Shown here piece after piece: positions 48,331-59,900 of a stretch of DNA of 64,000 bases. The stretch's first letter is position 1. Each line of letters starts with the position of its first letter. Made by a program: the position numbers and the translations under genes. Source of the stretch: Felis catus (Eukaryota); contig NC_058369.1 in the NCBI RefSeq assembly GCF_018350175.1, positions 16,928,001 to 16,992,000 on the forward strand. The letters run 5' to 3'. The notes below the pieces were generated by a model that worked only from the letters and a program-made list of their open reading frames with translations, ran no database searches and was not told the DNA's origin.

Positions 48331-50931
48331 CAGATACTGCCTAAAGATGCAGGGTAAACAAGGCCTGGGTGATCCTGAAACTGTTGCATTCCAGAGCATT
48401 TCCACGGTGCGGGCGCTAACCGTCTTTAGCTCCCCTCTCCGGAAGCTCGGCAGTGGACTCTTCATGGGCTCTCCTGCTCCAGAATCTCCCTCCCTCGGTA
48501 ATGTCCTCACTACCCTTACCCCTCCGCCTATCCATGGTGCCCTTCTTGCTCAGAGTAAAGGTGGGACTCTTCACGTGGCTTTGGAGCTGGCCCACTACTG
48601 CTCTGACTTCCTCTCCTGCTGCTCACTCACTTCAGCCTCGCGTTGCTCAGTGGCCTCAGTGGCAAGCACACCCGGGATATGTGCTTCTCTGTTTCCTGTC
48701 TGTAGGACTCTTCCTCTACATGTCTCTGCTTCTGCTTCCCTGATCTCCTTCAAGTCTGCTCCACGAGGCCTTCCCTGAGCTCGGTCCATGTGGTAGACAC
48801 GGAGCTTGCACTAGCCAGACTCCCTTTCCAGAAAGATCTTCAGGAAGAGCCATCACCAGATAACCTCCAGCTCTCAGATCCTCCAGGGTCCACCTGAGCT
48901 GCACAGAGCCTCCCCTGAGGTCACAGTCTTCCAGGTGATTCGCAGCATCTGGTGATTGAGTGAGGCAGGGGCTATGGCACCTTGACCTTTCCAGCCTAGA
49001 TGGGACACTCTGACAGACCAAACTTGCTCCAGAACTCCCCACTGAGGCTTTGTTGCCCTTGTACCAACCAAGCTCTCCTCTCCTTCTCCCCGATCAGGCT
49101 GCCTCCCCCATCTTTTCATTGGCTTACCCAGGGCCCTTCCTCACTAGGCTGGGTGGGGGCAGGGATTTTGTCTCTTTATTCATAGAATAAAGAAGAGTGC
49201 CTAGAAGAGTGCCTGCCTACAGCCGGTGCTACATGTGATGGAGGAATGAATGGGACAAGGACCTGTGGTTTGTTTGCATAGCTGGAAGATGTGCTTTTGA
49301 GAAAGGTTGTAAAAGATGGAGGAGGAGCATTCTTAGCCTGGCTTCCCTAAAAGCTGAGCCGAGATGGCGTCACTTACAGGGAAGGGAAACCCAGAGCAGG
49401 GAGAGACAGAAGTGGGGGGACTGGGGCAGGGTTGTGTTGTCAAAGTGCGGGAGTCTGCTGGGAAAAGCATGCAGAGTGCACCTGCAGGACAGGTGACTGG
49501 AACCTTTTTCTATTGGTTTCCATCCCCACTGGTGGAGGGTCGCCCGGGAGTGCACGCTGCCTGTATCTATCCTCGAGCCCTCTGCAGAGCCTATTTGGGG
49601 TGAGGGGCGAACACACAGAGGGAGTCAAAGCTGACGTGGAGGAATGTCTGTGAGGTGCTGTGTGATCGCTGAGGTGAAGGTAGGGGACTCAGAGGCCATG
49701 CTGGCCAGGAGGTGGGAGTGATGTCATCAGAATGTGGCTAAGGAGGGCACAGAAGCCACAACACAGCTGCTGTAGAGGGGGTGAGGCAGGAAGCTCACAG
49801 GGGCTGAGCTGGGCTTGGCAGTGAGGACCAGGAGAGGAGGAATCTGAAAATGCCATGCAGGCTGGAGAGGTGGCAAGACTGAGGCAGGGGGGAAGGGATA
49901 AGGTGAGGGGGGAGGCATGGGTTTAAAATGAACGTGTCTGAGGTCCCAGACATGGAGGTGGGCATGTCCGGCAGCCTACATGGGAACCTGTGGCCCGGTT
50001 AGTGGTCTGGGTCAGAAACTAGGTGGGGGATCACCGCTGTTCTGGCTGAAGTGAGGAAGGGCCGTCTCTCTGGGCCTCCCCTTGGTCTTGTCTAAAATCC
50101 CAGAGTCTCTAAGGCTCCCTTTAGCTCCAGACGGCTGGCTGAGCTCCGGCTGATATGACTCCCCAGATGAGCCATACTTCCTGCCGCCTCGGTGGTTCTC
50201 CTTGTTACCTCCAGGAGCGAATAGATACCCAGACCCCCTGCCCCGGCCTGCCCAGTTTGCTGCCCTGCCCAGCTTTGGAGTAGAGGGAGAACAGAAGCCC
50301 TTGCGAGTCTCCTCATTACCAATCAGAGATAGAGGGGGGGTGTCTGGTCTGGGCTGCCCCTTTGGAGTTTCATGAGGCCAAGAGAAAGATAAATCATTCT
50401 TTAAAATCTCAACAGCCACCTGGGTCCCTGAGAATTGTGTGGATAGGCAAGGCAGGGTTGGAATGCATACCTCCTAATAGAGGGCGGTGAATGGGCCCTG
50501 CGGGAGCCGGGCCGTGAGAAGTCTGGGCCTACAGCTGCCATGGAATGTGAAGAATATGGTGTCTAGTAAGTATATCCTTCTTCAGCCCTAATGTGAGGTA
50601 ACCATGCCACGGCTCCAAGCTCAATATGGCTGGCTCTACCTGCAGAGTCTCTGATGAAGGAGTTTGGGAAATTTAGAGGCTGTGGCTCCAACCTGAGGGT
50701 ACCTGCCCCTTCCAGGAAGATGGTTCTCTGACCGGGAGCTGGCAGGAGAGAGAGCTCGGTCCTCTGGCCCGCATCGGTCTGGAGTGGAATTTCCATCCCG
50801 CCGAACTAGGAGAGAGAGTGGGAATGGCACTGATTCAAATATCATAGCTTTCCTTTTTTTTTTTTTTTTTTTAATTTACTTAAGTTGCTTTTTTTTTTTT
50901 TTTTAAGTTTATTTTGAAAGAGAGCGAGAGT

Positions 50932-51150
50932 GGGGCGCCTGGGTGGCGCAGTCGGTTAAGCGTCCGACTTCAGCCAGGTCACGATCTCGCGGTCCGTGAG
51001 TTCGAGCCCCGCGTCGGGCTCTGGGCTGATGGCTCAGAGCCTGGATCCTGTTTCCGATTCTGTGTCTCCCTCTCTCTCTGCCCCTCCCCCATTCATGCTC
51101 TGTCTCTCTCTGTCCCAAAAATAAATAAACGTTGAAAAAAAATTTTTTTT
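50932..51150 (+). mobile_element. Young felid CAN-SINE inserted into an oppositely oriented older SINE (50846-51319, minus)
   Basis: Young consensus; imperfect TSD AAAGAGAGCGAGAGT / AAAGAAAGCGAGAGT. The host SINE continues on both sides. Confidence 0.92.
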
Positions 51151-53719
51151 AAAAAAAGAAAGCGAGAGTACAAGCGAGGGAGGGGCAGAGAGAATCCCAA
51201 GGAGGCTCCATGTTGTCAGCACAGCTCCCGATGCAGGGCTGGAACCCACGAGCCATAAGATCATGACCTGAGTCGAAATCGCGTTGGACACTTAACTGAC
51301 TCAGCCACCCAGGCGCCCCTGGCTTTCCTTCTTTTACCGAGTGTTAGTAGGTGTTTTGAAAACATGTTTCTTGGTTTGTTGTATGCCCTTAGGTCAATTT
51401 TCAGAGACTTAACATTTTTTTTTAATGTTTATTTATTTTTGAGAGAGAGAGAGAGAGACAGAATGCAAACAGGGGGAGGGGCAGAGAGAGAGAGGGAGAC
51501 ACAGAATCTGAAGCAGACTCCAGGCTCTGAACTGTCAGCACAGAGCCCGACGCGGGGCTGGAACTCACCGACTACAAGATCATTACCTGAGCTGAAGTCA
51601 GACACATAACCGGCTGAATCACCCAGGTGTCCCTCCAGAGACTTTATAATTGTCACCAGCTGGACTGGGGAAGGGGACTGCAGAGCTCCTCATACTGTCA
51701 AGCCAGAAGTGGACCTCTAGGGGACTGTTGAAGGTATCATTACTATTTTGCTTGGATGTTACAAGATATCAAATCACTAGGTGACCATCATCAGCATTGA
51801 AGTAACATTTCTACTTTCTGCAGCGCTTTCCTATAAAAAGAGCAGAAATTGTGAGGGGCAGCATGGGGTATTCCCTCCGCACCCCCCCCCCACTTCGTTC
51901 CCCCGTTGCTGAGGCTAAGTTCTGGGTGGGTGCTCCTGAGGCGGTAGCTCCCTTAGTCAGCTCAGGTCCCTCTTACGTGAGAGGCTGTAGATGGCTTCAG
52001 TACCACTGAGAACACTGGGGCCCTCGCGTCCTCACCCGGGCTCATAAAGTGGAGACGAGCTGGGAAGAGTTGAAGCTTCTTCCCTCCAGTTCCTGGAGCA
52101 GGGGGTCATTCAGAGACGGAGGGGCCCTGTCCCTAAGATTGTCCTGAGCTGGAGCTCAGAGATTTTGCCTGGGGCGAGGAGAAGGCAAAGGGAACTCCAA
52201 GTTTCTTCTCAAAGGAACTGACTTCATTTGCAGCAGAGTGTGGAGAAGTTCCAGCCTAAGGGCGCTCTCAAAACAAGGCAGGTTGTGCTGAAAAGCAATT
52301 ATGCGAGATTCATTAGAGATAGAAGTTAAATGGTAGGTTGGCTAGTTTACCAGACAGAACTGGGGAAAGATATCGCCAAGAAGAGCTATCCTGGGGTCAG
52401 AACAAATCTCAAACATGGCCCTTAAGAGATGTTCCTTCTGGGGTGCCTGGGTGGCTCAGTCAGTTGAGAATCTGACTCTTGGTTTCAGCTTGGGTCATGA
52501 TTTCACGGTTCATGAGTTTAAGCCCGGCGTTGGGCTCTGTGCTGGGGGTGCAGAGCCTGCTTGGGATTCTTTCTCTCCCCTCACCCCACTCTGACCCTCC
52601 TGTGCTCATTCTCTCTCTAAATAAATAGACTTAAAAAAAAAGAGGGGGCGTGTGTCTGGGTGGCTCAATTGGCTGAGTGACTGACTTCAGCTCAGGTCAT
52701 GATCTCATGGTTTATGAGTTCGAGCCCTGCATTTGGGCTCTGTGCTGACAGCTCAGAGCCTGGAGCCTGCTTCAGATTCTGTGTCTCCCTTTCTCCCTGC
52801 CCTTCCCGCACTCACGCTCTGTCTCTGTCTTTCTCTCTCAAAAATAAACATTTTATAAAAAAAAAAAAAAAAGAGAGAGAGAGAGATTCCTTCAAAGGAG
52901 CCCTATCTTAACTAGATCAGTTTGTGGATCAGTTTATGCCCCAAGGCATACTGTTGAAAACATTGATGGGGGGGGGGTGTGAAACAGGTGATGGGGATTA
53001 AGGAGTGCACTTGTGATGAGCACTGGGTGACGTATGAAATCGCGTGTGTGTGTTTTTTTAAGTAAACTCTGCACTCAACATGGGGCTCAAACTGACGGCC
53101 CCAAGATTAAGAGTCACATGCTCCACCAACGGAGCCAGCCCAGGCGCCCCAGATGGCTCACTTTTTAACAACACTGAATAATATTCCATTACCGGATGTA
53201 CCACAATTTATGTATCCTTCACCTGCTGAAGGACATCTTGGTCGCTTTCAAGTTTTGGCAATTATAAATAAAGCTGCTATAAACATCCCATGCAGGTTTT
53301 TGTGTGAACATGTTTTCAATTCCTCTGGGCAAATACCAAGGAGGGAAACTGCTGGACTATATAGTAAGAGTACGGTTAGCTTTGTCAGAAACTGCCAAAC
53401 TGTCTTCCAAAGTGCCTATACCATTTTGCGTTCCCACCAACAAAGGATGAGAATTAATGGCATTATTTTAAATTTCGTTGACAGTTCGTTGTACTGAAAT
53501 ACAACTAATTTTTGCATATTGATCTTGTATCTTTCAACCTTACTAAACTCATTTATTAGCTCTAATAGTTGTGTGTGTATGTTCCTTAGGATTTTCTACA
53601 TACAAGTTCATGCCATCTATAAATATAATTTTGCTTCTTCCTTTTCCAATCTGGATGCTTTTTATATTATTCCCTTGCCAATTACCCTGGCTTGAACTTC
53701 CAGTACAAGGCAACATGGA

Positions 53720-55080
53720 GACTCACATTTCCAGCCCACACCTCTCTCCAGGCGTCTCACTGACATCTGTACATGGACACCTAATAGGCACCTCCCACCA
53801 ACTCATGATCATCTCCTCAAACCTGCTTCTCCCCCAGTCTCCCCCAGTTCTGACCTTCTGGTGTTGAAGTCAAGTTCCCCTCCATTCCTCACTTTCTCTC
53901 ATCCCCACATGGGATCCATCAACAACACCTGGTGCCTTGGCCTCCAAAAGATGGCCAGCTCTACAACCACCAGCCCGCTCTGAACCTCCAGAACCACGTG
54001 CTTGGATCAGTGCAGTAGGCTCCTAACCAGTCCTCCTGCTCCTGCCCTTGCCTCAGCCTCAGCCTAAGTGCAGTGACCCTTTTAAAACTGAGTTAGACCA
54101 TAGCACCCCTCTGCTATAAATCCCTCTATGGATCCCATCACATTCTGAGAAAAGCTGGGGTCCTTGCAGTGACCTCACTGCCTAGGTTACATTTCTGACC
54201 TCACCTCTTCTACCAGCCTCCCCATCACTCACCCCTCGGTGCCCTATTGGACTTCTTGCTGGTTCTTGAACACCCCAGGTAGTTACCTCCAACTGTTGTT
54301 GGTTCCCTTTGCCTAGAATGCTCTTCCCTCAGTTATAAGATCTGCACTTGGTTGCCCCTTGCCTCCTTCAGGCTTCCATGCAAATGCTGTCTTCTCGGGC
54401 AGATGATATCTCTCCCATATCAGTATAAATCCCATTCCACATGATCTTCTTACAACATGATAATGACACTCCTTTAGGGGTAGGGTGGATGATGTCTGTG
54501 TTTCCTTCCCTTGGACCCCGACAGAGTTCTGTAATTGCCTTGACCAAGGTGATGGCAGAAGTGACCCTGATTTCCAAAGCTGGAAATCTCTCCCACTCAC
54601 ATGCTTCTAGAGCCCTGACTGCAACATGAGATGCTCTGGGGGAGAGAGCAAGTGAAGAGAGCACAGAGAGACAGAGAGAGATGTGGCTATCTGGGTCCCA
54701 CCCAGACCAGGCACCAGACATGTGAGTGAAGGAGCCCTCAAGGTGATGGTCCTGGCTCACACACCCTCTGACTGCAACCTCATGAGACACCCCGAGTCAG
54801 AACTACCGGCTCTCAAATTCCTGACCCATAGAACCCAAGAGGGATGGTAAGTGATGCTGGTGCATAAGCCACTTGTTTGGGATGATTTCTTACACAGCCA
54901 TAGAAACTTGATTTTTCTACCTGGCGCTTACCACTACCTGACATATCATATATTTTAATTACTCAGTGTCTCCCAAGGGCAGGGATTTTCGCCTGTCGGC
55001 TTCATTGCCGTACCACCAGTGCCTAGATCCAGGCTTTGTACATAGTAGGTGGTCAATATTTGTTGAATAGAATGAATGAC
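53720..55080. mobile_element. L2 LINE remnant interrupted by a MaLR LTR
   Basis: L2-typical text (ctcctaaccagtcctcctgct; gcctagaatgctcttccctc; catagtaggtggtcaatatttgttgaatagaatgaatga). Confidence 0.7.
54395..54910 (+). mobile_element. MLT1-family (ERVL-MaLR) solo LTR
   Basis: ccagacatgtgagtgaag...tgactgcaacctcatgagacaccccgagtcagaactacc...aaattcctgacccatagaa...taagccacttgtttgggatgatttcttacacagccataga. Confidence 0.75.
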
Positions 55081-56905
55081 TATACCTAGAAAAATGACCA
55101 ACAATGTACACAGGAATCATGATGCTAGTTTAGATGGTGGTTACCTCCAGGAAGCAAATATCAGGGGCCTTCATCATATGTGGTTTCTTCTCGAAAGAAA
55201 ACAAGCAAATATGGCAAGATGCTTACACTTGATTAAAAAGTGAATTTGCCACATTATATTCTATCCTTTCCATGACAAAACATTTTTTATAAAACTAAGA
55301 CTTGTACATAAATGTTCATAACAGCTTCTTTTGTAACAGAAAGTGGGGACAGACCAAATGCCCATCAGGTGGTGAACAGATAAACTGTGCCGTATTCTCA
55401 GCAATAAGAACAAAATACTGATACAGTCAACACCCAAAACGATTATGCTGAGAGAAAGAAATCCTATCCAACAGAGTATACACTGAATGATTCCATTTAT
55501 AAGCAATTCTAGAGCAGGCAAGACTGACCAGTGCTGGGAAGACATCACCTCAGTGCCTTTCTGGAGGGCAAGGCCCGACTTCCAGACAAGGCCAGGCAGC
55601 CTCTTTGTCTCACATTCCTTCTTCTAGTCCCAGCTCGGGCCTTCCCTCACCAGGTGACCCTGAGCAAGTCATGGCCTCTCTCTGGGCCACAGTTTCCCCC
55701 ATGTACATTTCAGTGGAGGCTGGAATGGGTGTCTGATGCTTCCTCCCATCCTGACATTCCAGGATTCTCTGATTCCCTTGCAAGCCATGGCCACCTCGGG
55801 AAATCCCTTGAGCCAGCCTGCAGGTGGCTTGGGCCTCCCAGGCAGGGTGAGGAGCTCTCCCTCGGGGTCTGGAGCCCCAGCCTCAGGCAGACCTGGATGG
55901 GGCTGGATGCCAGGCACCGACCTTGAGTGGGCTGGGGCTTCCCTCACTCCTGCAAAGCACAGGGCTCGGAGGGTGAGAGATCTGGCAATGCCCCCTCAGC
56001 TTTTGTTCCTGTCTCTAGGGCTGTGCAAGCCAATGAAAATGCAGCCCTGAGAATAAAAGCCCCTTGTCCAGAGTCCTGAGCCCTAATCCTCTTACACGTC
56101 AGCAGCGGAAAGCCGGAGCCGGTGGCAGAAGGGCCGCTCTGATTTCCCTGCCAGCCGTCCCCCGTCCCACACTCTGGTGCCAGCCCCGTCGCATCGCACA
56201 GTCTGGCATCCCGGGCCAAGGAACTGCACAGCTGAATGTAATCACCACTCAGGTCTCTGATGATGGAGCCATTAGACTGTGCTCTGGCCGGGACGGGCCA
56301 GCCCAAGAGAGTCGGAGCATCCACCGGCCCCAGGATCTACAGAGCCCCAACTTTGCCCAGTGTGGCCTGTCCCAAGGGTCTGCCTCCCTCCCCTGGGGGC
56401 CCAGACTGTTCCTCAAGCGATAAAGTCGGGGGGACTTGATTGGATAGTCACAGGGTCTATCTGAGCCCACCCACCCCTTCAGGAAGCACAATTGGAGCCC
56501 CTGTCATAGGAGTAGAGGGACAGACACCTCCAACCAGCCAAGAAGTGCCACAGCAACAGTGTGGCCATGGGCAGGTGCGTCCAACCTGCCCAACCCCAAG
56601 GAGGCTGGGCAAGATTTTGCGAACTTTGAAGAGAGAAGAGGAGGTGGACAGGTCACTGGGACCAGGCTGGGAGAAGAGGGGACAGGCCCATTCTTAGGGC
56701 GTGGGGAGAGTAGCTGGCAATGGCCACACAGACACTGTAAAATGTAACCTGTGCTGGAGGCCTGGGCACCTGCAATGGGCGACACTTACCCCAGGGAGGC
56801 AGGGCTTCAGGAAGCCAGGGGACAACCTGGGCATCGGCTTTACTTGAATATTTAGTTGGGGGAGAAGTGAAGAATTTTTTTTTTAATTTTTAATGTTTAT
56901 TTATT

Positions 56906-56943
<38 letters not shown>

Positions 56944-59900
56944 CATGAGTGGGGAAGGGGCAGAGAGAGAGGGAGACACAGAATCCGAAGCAGGCTGCAG
57001 GCTCTGAGCTGTCTGCACAGAGCCCAATGAGGGGATTGAACTCACAGACTATGAGTTCATGATCTGAGCCAAAGTTGGAAGCTTAACCAACTGAGCCACC
57101 TAGGCGCCCCGAGAAGTTAAGAATTTAATGTATAAGTGCTACAATAGTCAATCCTTTAAAATTAAAATAAACAGGGGCGCCTGGGTGGCTCAGTCGGTTG
57201 AGCGTCCGACTTTGGCTCAGGTCATGATCTCACAGTTCGTGAGTTCGAGCCCCATGTTGGGCTCTGTGCTGACAGCTCAGAGCCTGGAGCCTACTTCGGA
57301 TTCTGTGTCTGCCTCTCACTCTGCCCCTACCCCACTCACTCTGTCTCTCTCTCTCTCAAAAATAAATACACATTAAAAACAAAAATTAAAATTAAAATAA
57401 ACAGAACCATGAAGTCAAACGCAAATTTCATGTGAATTTTAAAGATGAAATAAAGAGACTTTAAAAAAAAAAATGTGTGGGGCGCCTGGGTGGCTCAGTT
57501 GGTTAAGCGTCCGGCTTCGGCTCAGGTCACGATCTCGCGGTCCGTGAGTTCGAGCCCTGCGTCAGGCTCTGGGCTGATGGCTCGGAGCCTGGAGCCTGCT
57601 TCCAATTCTGTGTCTCCCTCTCTCTCTGCCTCTCCCCCGTTCATGCTCTGTCTCTTCCTGTCTCAAAAATAAATAAACATTAAAAAAAAAAATGTGTGTT
57701 TGTAGAGATACTTCAGACTCTGCTAGCAGACCCAGGGCCCTGAGCAGGGTGGGACATAACTTAGGTCTACACTTGGACAGACCCTCTTGCCCACCAAGGC
57801 CATCAGGCCAACACTTCCACCCGTAAGGTGCAGCTGGGAGAGATGCATGTCCATGGGCAGGTATTTGAATGTGCCCTGGTAAGGGAAGGATCAGAACGCT
57901 GTGTGTCCCGGGAACCTGGTTGGAAGGAAGGCCCCTCAACGTACTTCAGGCCCGTGGGCGGGAAGAACTGGCAACTGAGTCCATGGCAGGGAGGAGACTG
58001 TGCAGCAACCCAGGAGAAGGGCCGAGCCAGGAATGGTGATGTCCTGGGATAGAAGGCAGAGTGCAAGTAGGGGGCAGGCAAGGTCACACACCCCGACGTG
58101 CAGAGGTGCGGGTTGTAGACCCCGGCCTGCTGCTGCGCCTATGTTCCTCTGCGGCAGACGGGGGAGAGGGGAGCAGCCCGGGACAGGATTGCAGTGGGGC
58201 CCGGAGGTTCAGCCTTGCCCAGTCCCAGAGCTGATGCATGCCAGAGGTGGGGTTCTCTGGCACTTGGGAGCCAGGCATGGGCCCAACAACATGGGTGCCC
58301 CCAGCCTCCACAGGAAAGGCCCCAGGCAACGGAGCCCCCAGCACACTGTGGACTGCCTCTCCTCCATTCTTTTTTTTTTTTTTCCAATGTTTATTCATTT
58401 TTGAGAAAGAGAGAGAGGGAGAGCATGAGCAGGGGAGGGGCAGATTGAGAGGAAGACGCAGAATCCGAAGCAGGCAGGCTTCAGGCTCTGAGCTGTCAGC
58501 ACAGAGCCCAACACGGGGCTCAAACCCACGAACTGTGAGATCATGACCTGAGCCGAAGTCGGATGCCCAACAAACTGAGCCACCCAGGTGCCCCTGCCTC
58601 TCCTCCATTCTAATCATGCTTCACCCGCACCACTCCCTGGACCTGTTCAAGTCGAGGTCATCCGGGATACCTACGTGGCTCACCCACGGCCAGGTCTCAC
58701 TGCTCCCCACCTCATGGAGCTTCAGCAGCCCTTCACGTGGCCCATCACGCCCTGACACGGGTTCTTCAGCTCATTTGCCTGCCTGTCCAGCTACTCCCCC
58801 CACTGTTCCTTCTCAATTTCCTTTGCAGCTCCCTCCTCTTTCCCCAGGACTCTGAGCCCACAGTGGCTTACATTTCTGGTTTTCGAACAATTGCTGCAGG
58901 TGTTGAGGGCTCTCTGCTGGGTGTGGACAAAAGAACAGCCCCTTCCTTTCTACCACATCTCACAGCCCTGATCCCCTGCTGGGAACCCCTCCTGCTTGAC
59001 CCCCCTATTGCAAAGGATCTTAGTGTGGTCCCCAAATCTGCGGCTGAGAGCTGAAAGGTTCCGATAGCTCTCTGAAGATTTCTCACTGTACTTCACACTT
59101 GTCATACACTTGTCACCCCTGCTGCTCCATTCAGTAATTCCTTCATGACTCCTTTAACCCCCAAGGATTCACCTCTCCTGGGCCCTCGGGAAACACAAGG
59201 AGGAAGACAGCTGTTTCACTGAGAAACCAGAAAATAAGTACTGTGCCTATAGATTTTTTTTAATGCAAATTTCAAAATAACTTTCCCTAGAGGATTAATA
59301 AGAACATAAAGATATTTGAATGAATATATAAGAAGGTTAAGGGATTAAAAAATGCTGGTCTGAAAAAAAAAAACCTGTAGAAATATACTACCAAATTTTT
59401 TATGTCCCTCTTTCTGTATACTTGGTTAAAAAAGTAAAATACATTAAGCAATCATCTTGGGATGAGTGACATTATTGTAATTGTGTACTTGAGAATAATG
59501 TGCCTTCGGTAAGGTTTTTTTTCTTTTTCGTTCTTTTTTAAGTAGGCTCTGGGCCCAACGTGGGGCTCAAAGTCACGACCCTGAGATCAAGAGTTGCATG
59601 CTCTACTGACTAAGCCAGCCAGACATCCCAGTTGAGGTTTCTTAAGAAAAAATACACAGTTGAAAGAAAGATAAAGCACATTTGGTAAACCCAATAAACA
59701 TTAAAAGAAGTGGAGGGGGGGAGAAGAAAGAAAGATCCGTCTGGTGTGATGTCTCTCTCGTTGGCCGTGTGTCCCCATCCTCGATTAACTTCACTGAGCC
59801 TCACGTTCCTTCTTTTGAAGAACAGAGAAAGGGATGCCTACAACATGTCTGAGGGCTGTCATGAGAATCAGGTGAAGTAATGCTCTTGAGCGCCTCGTCT

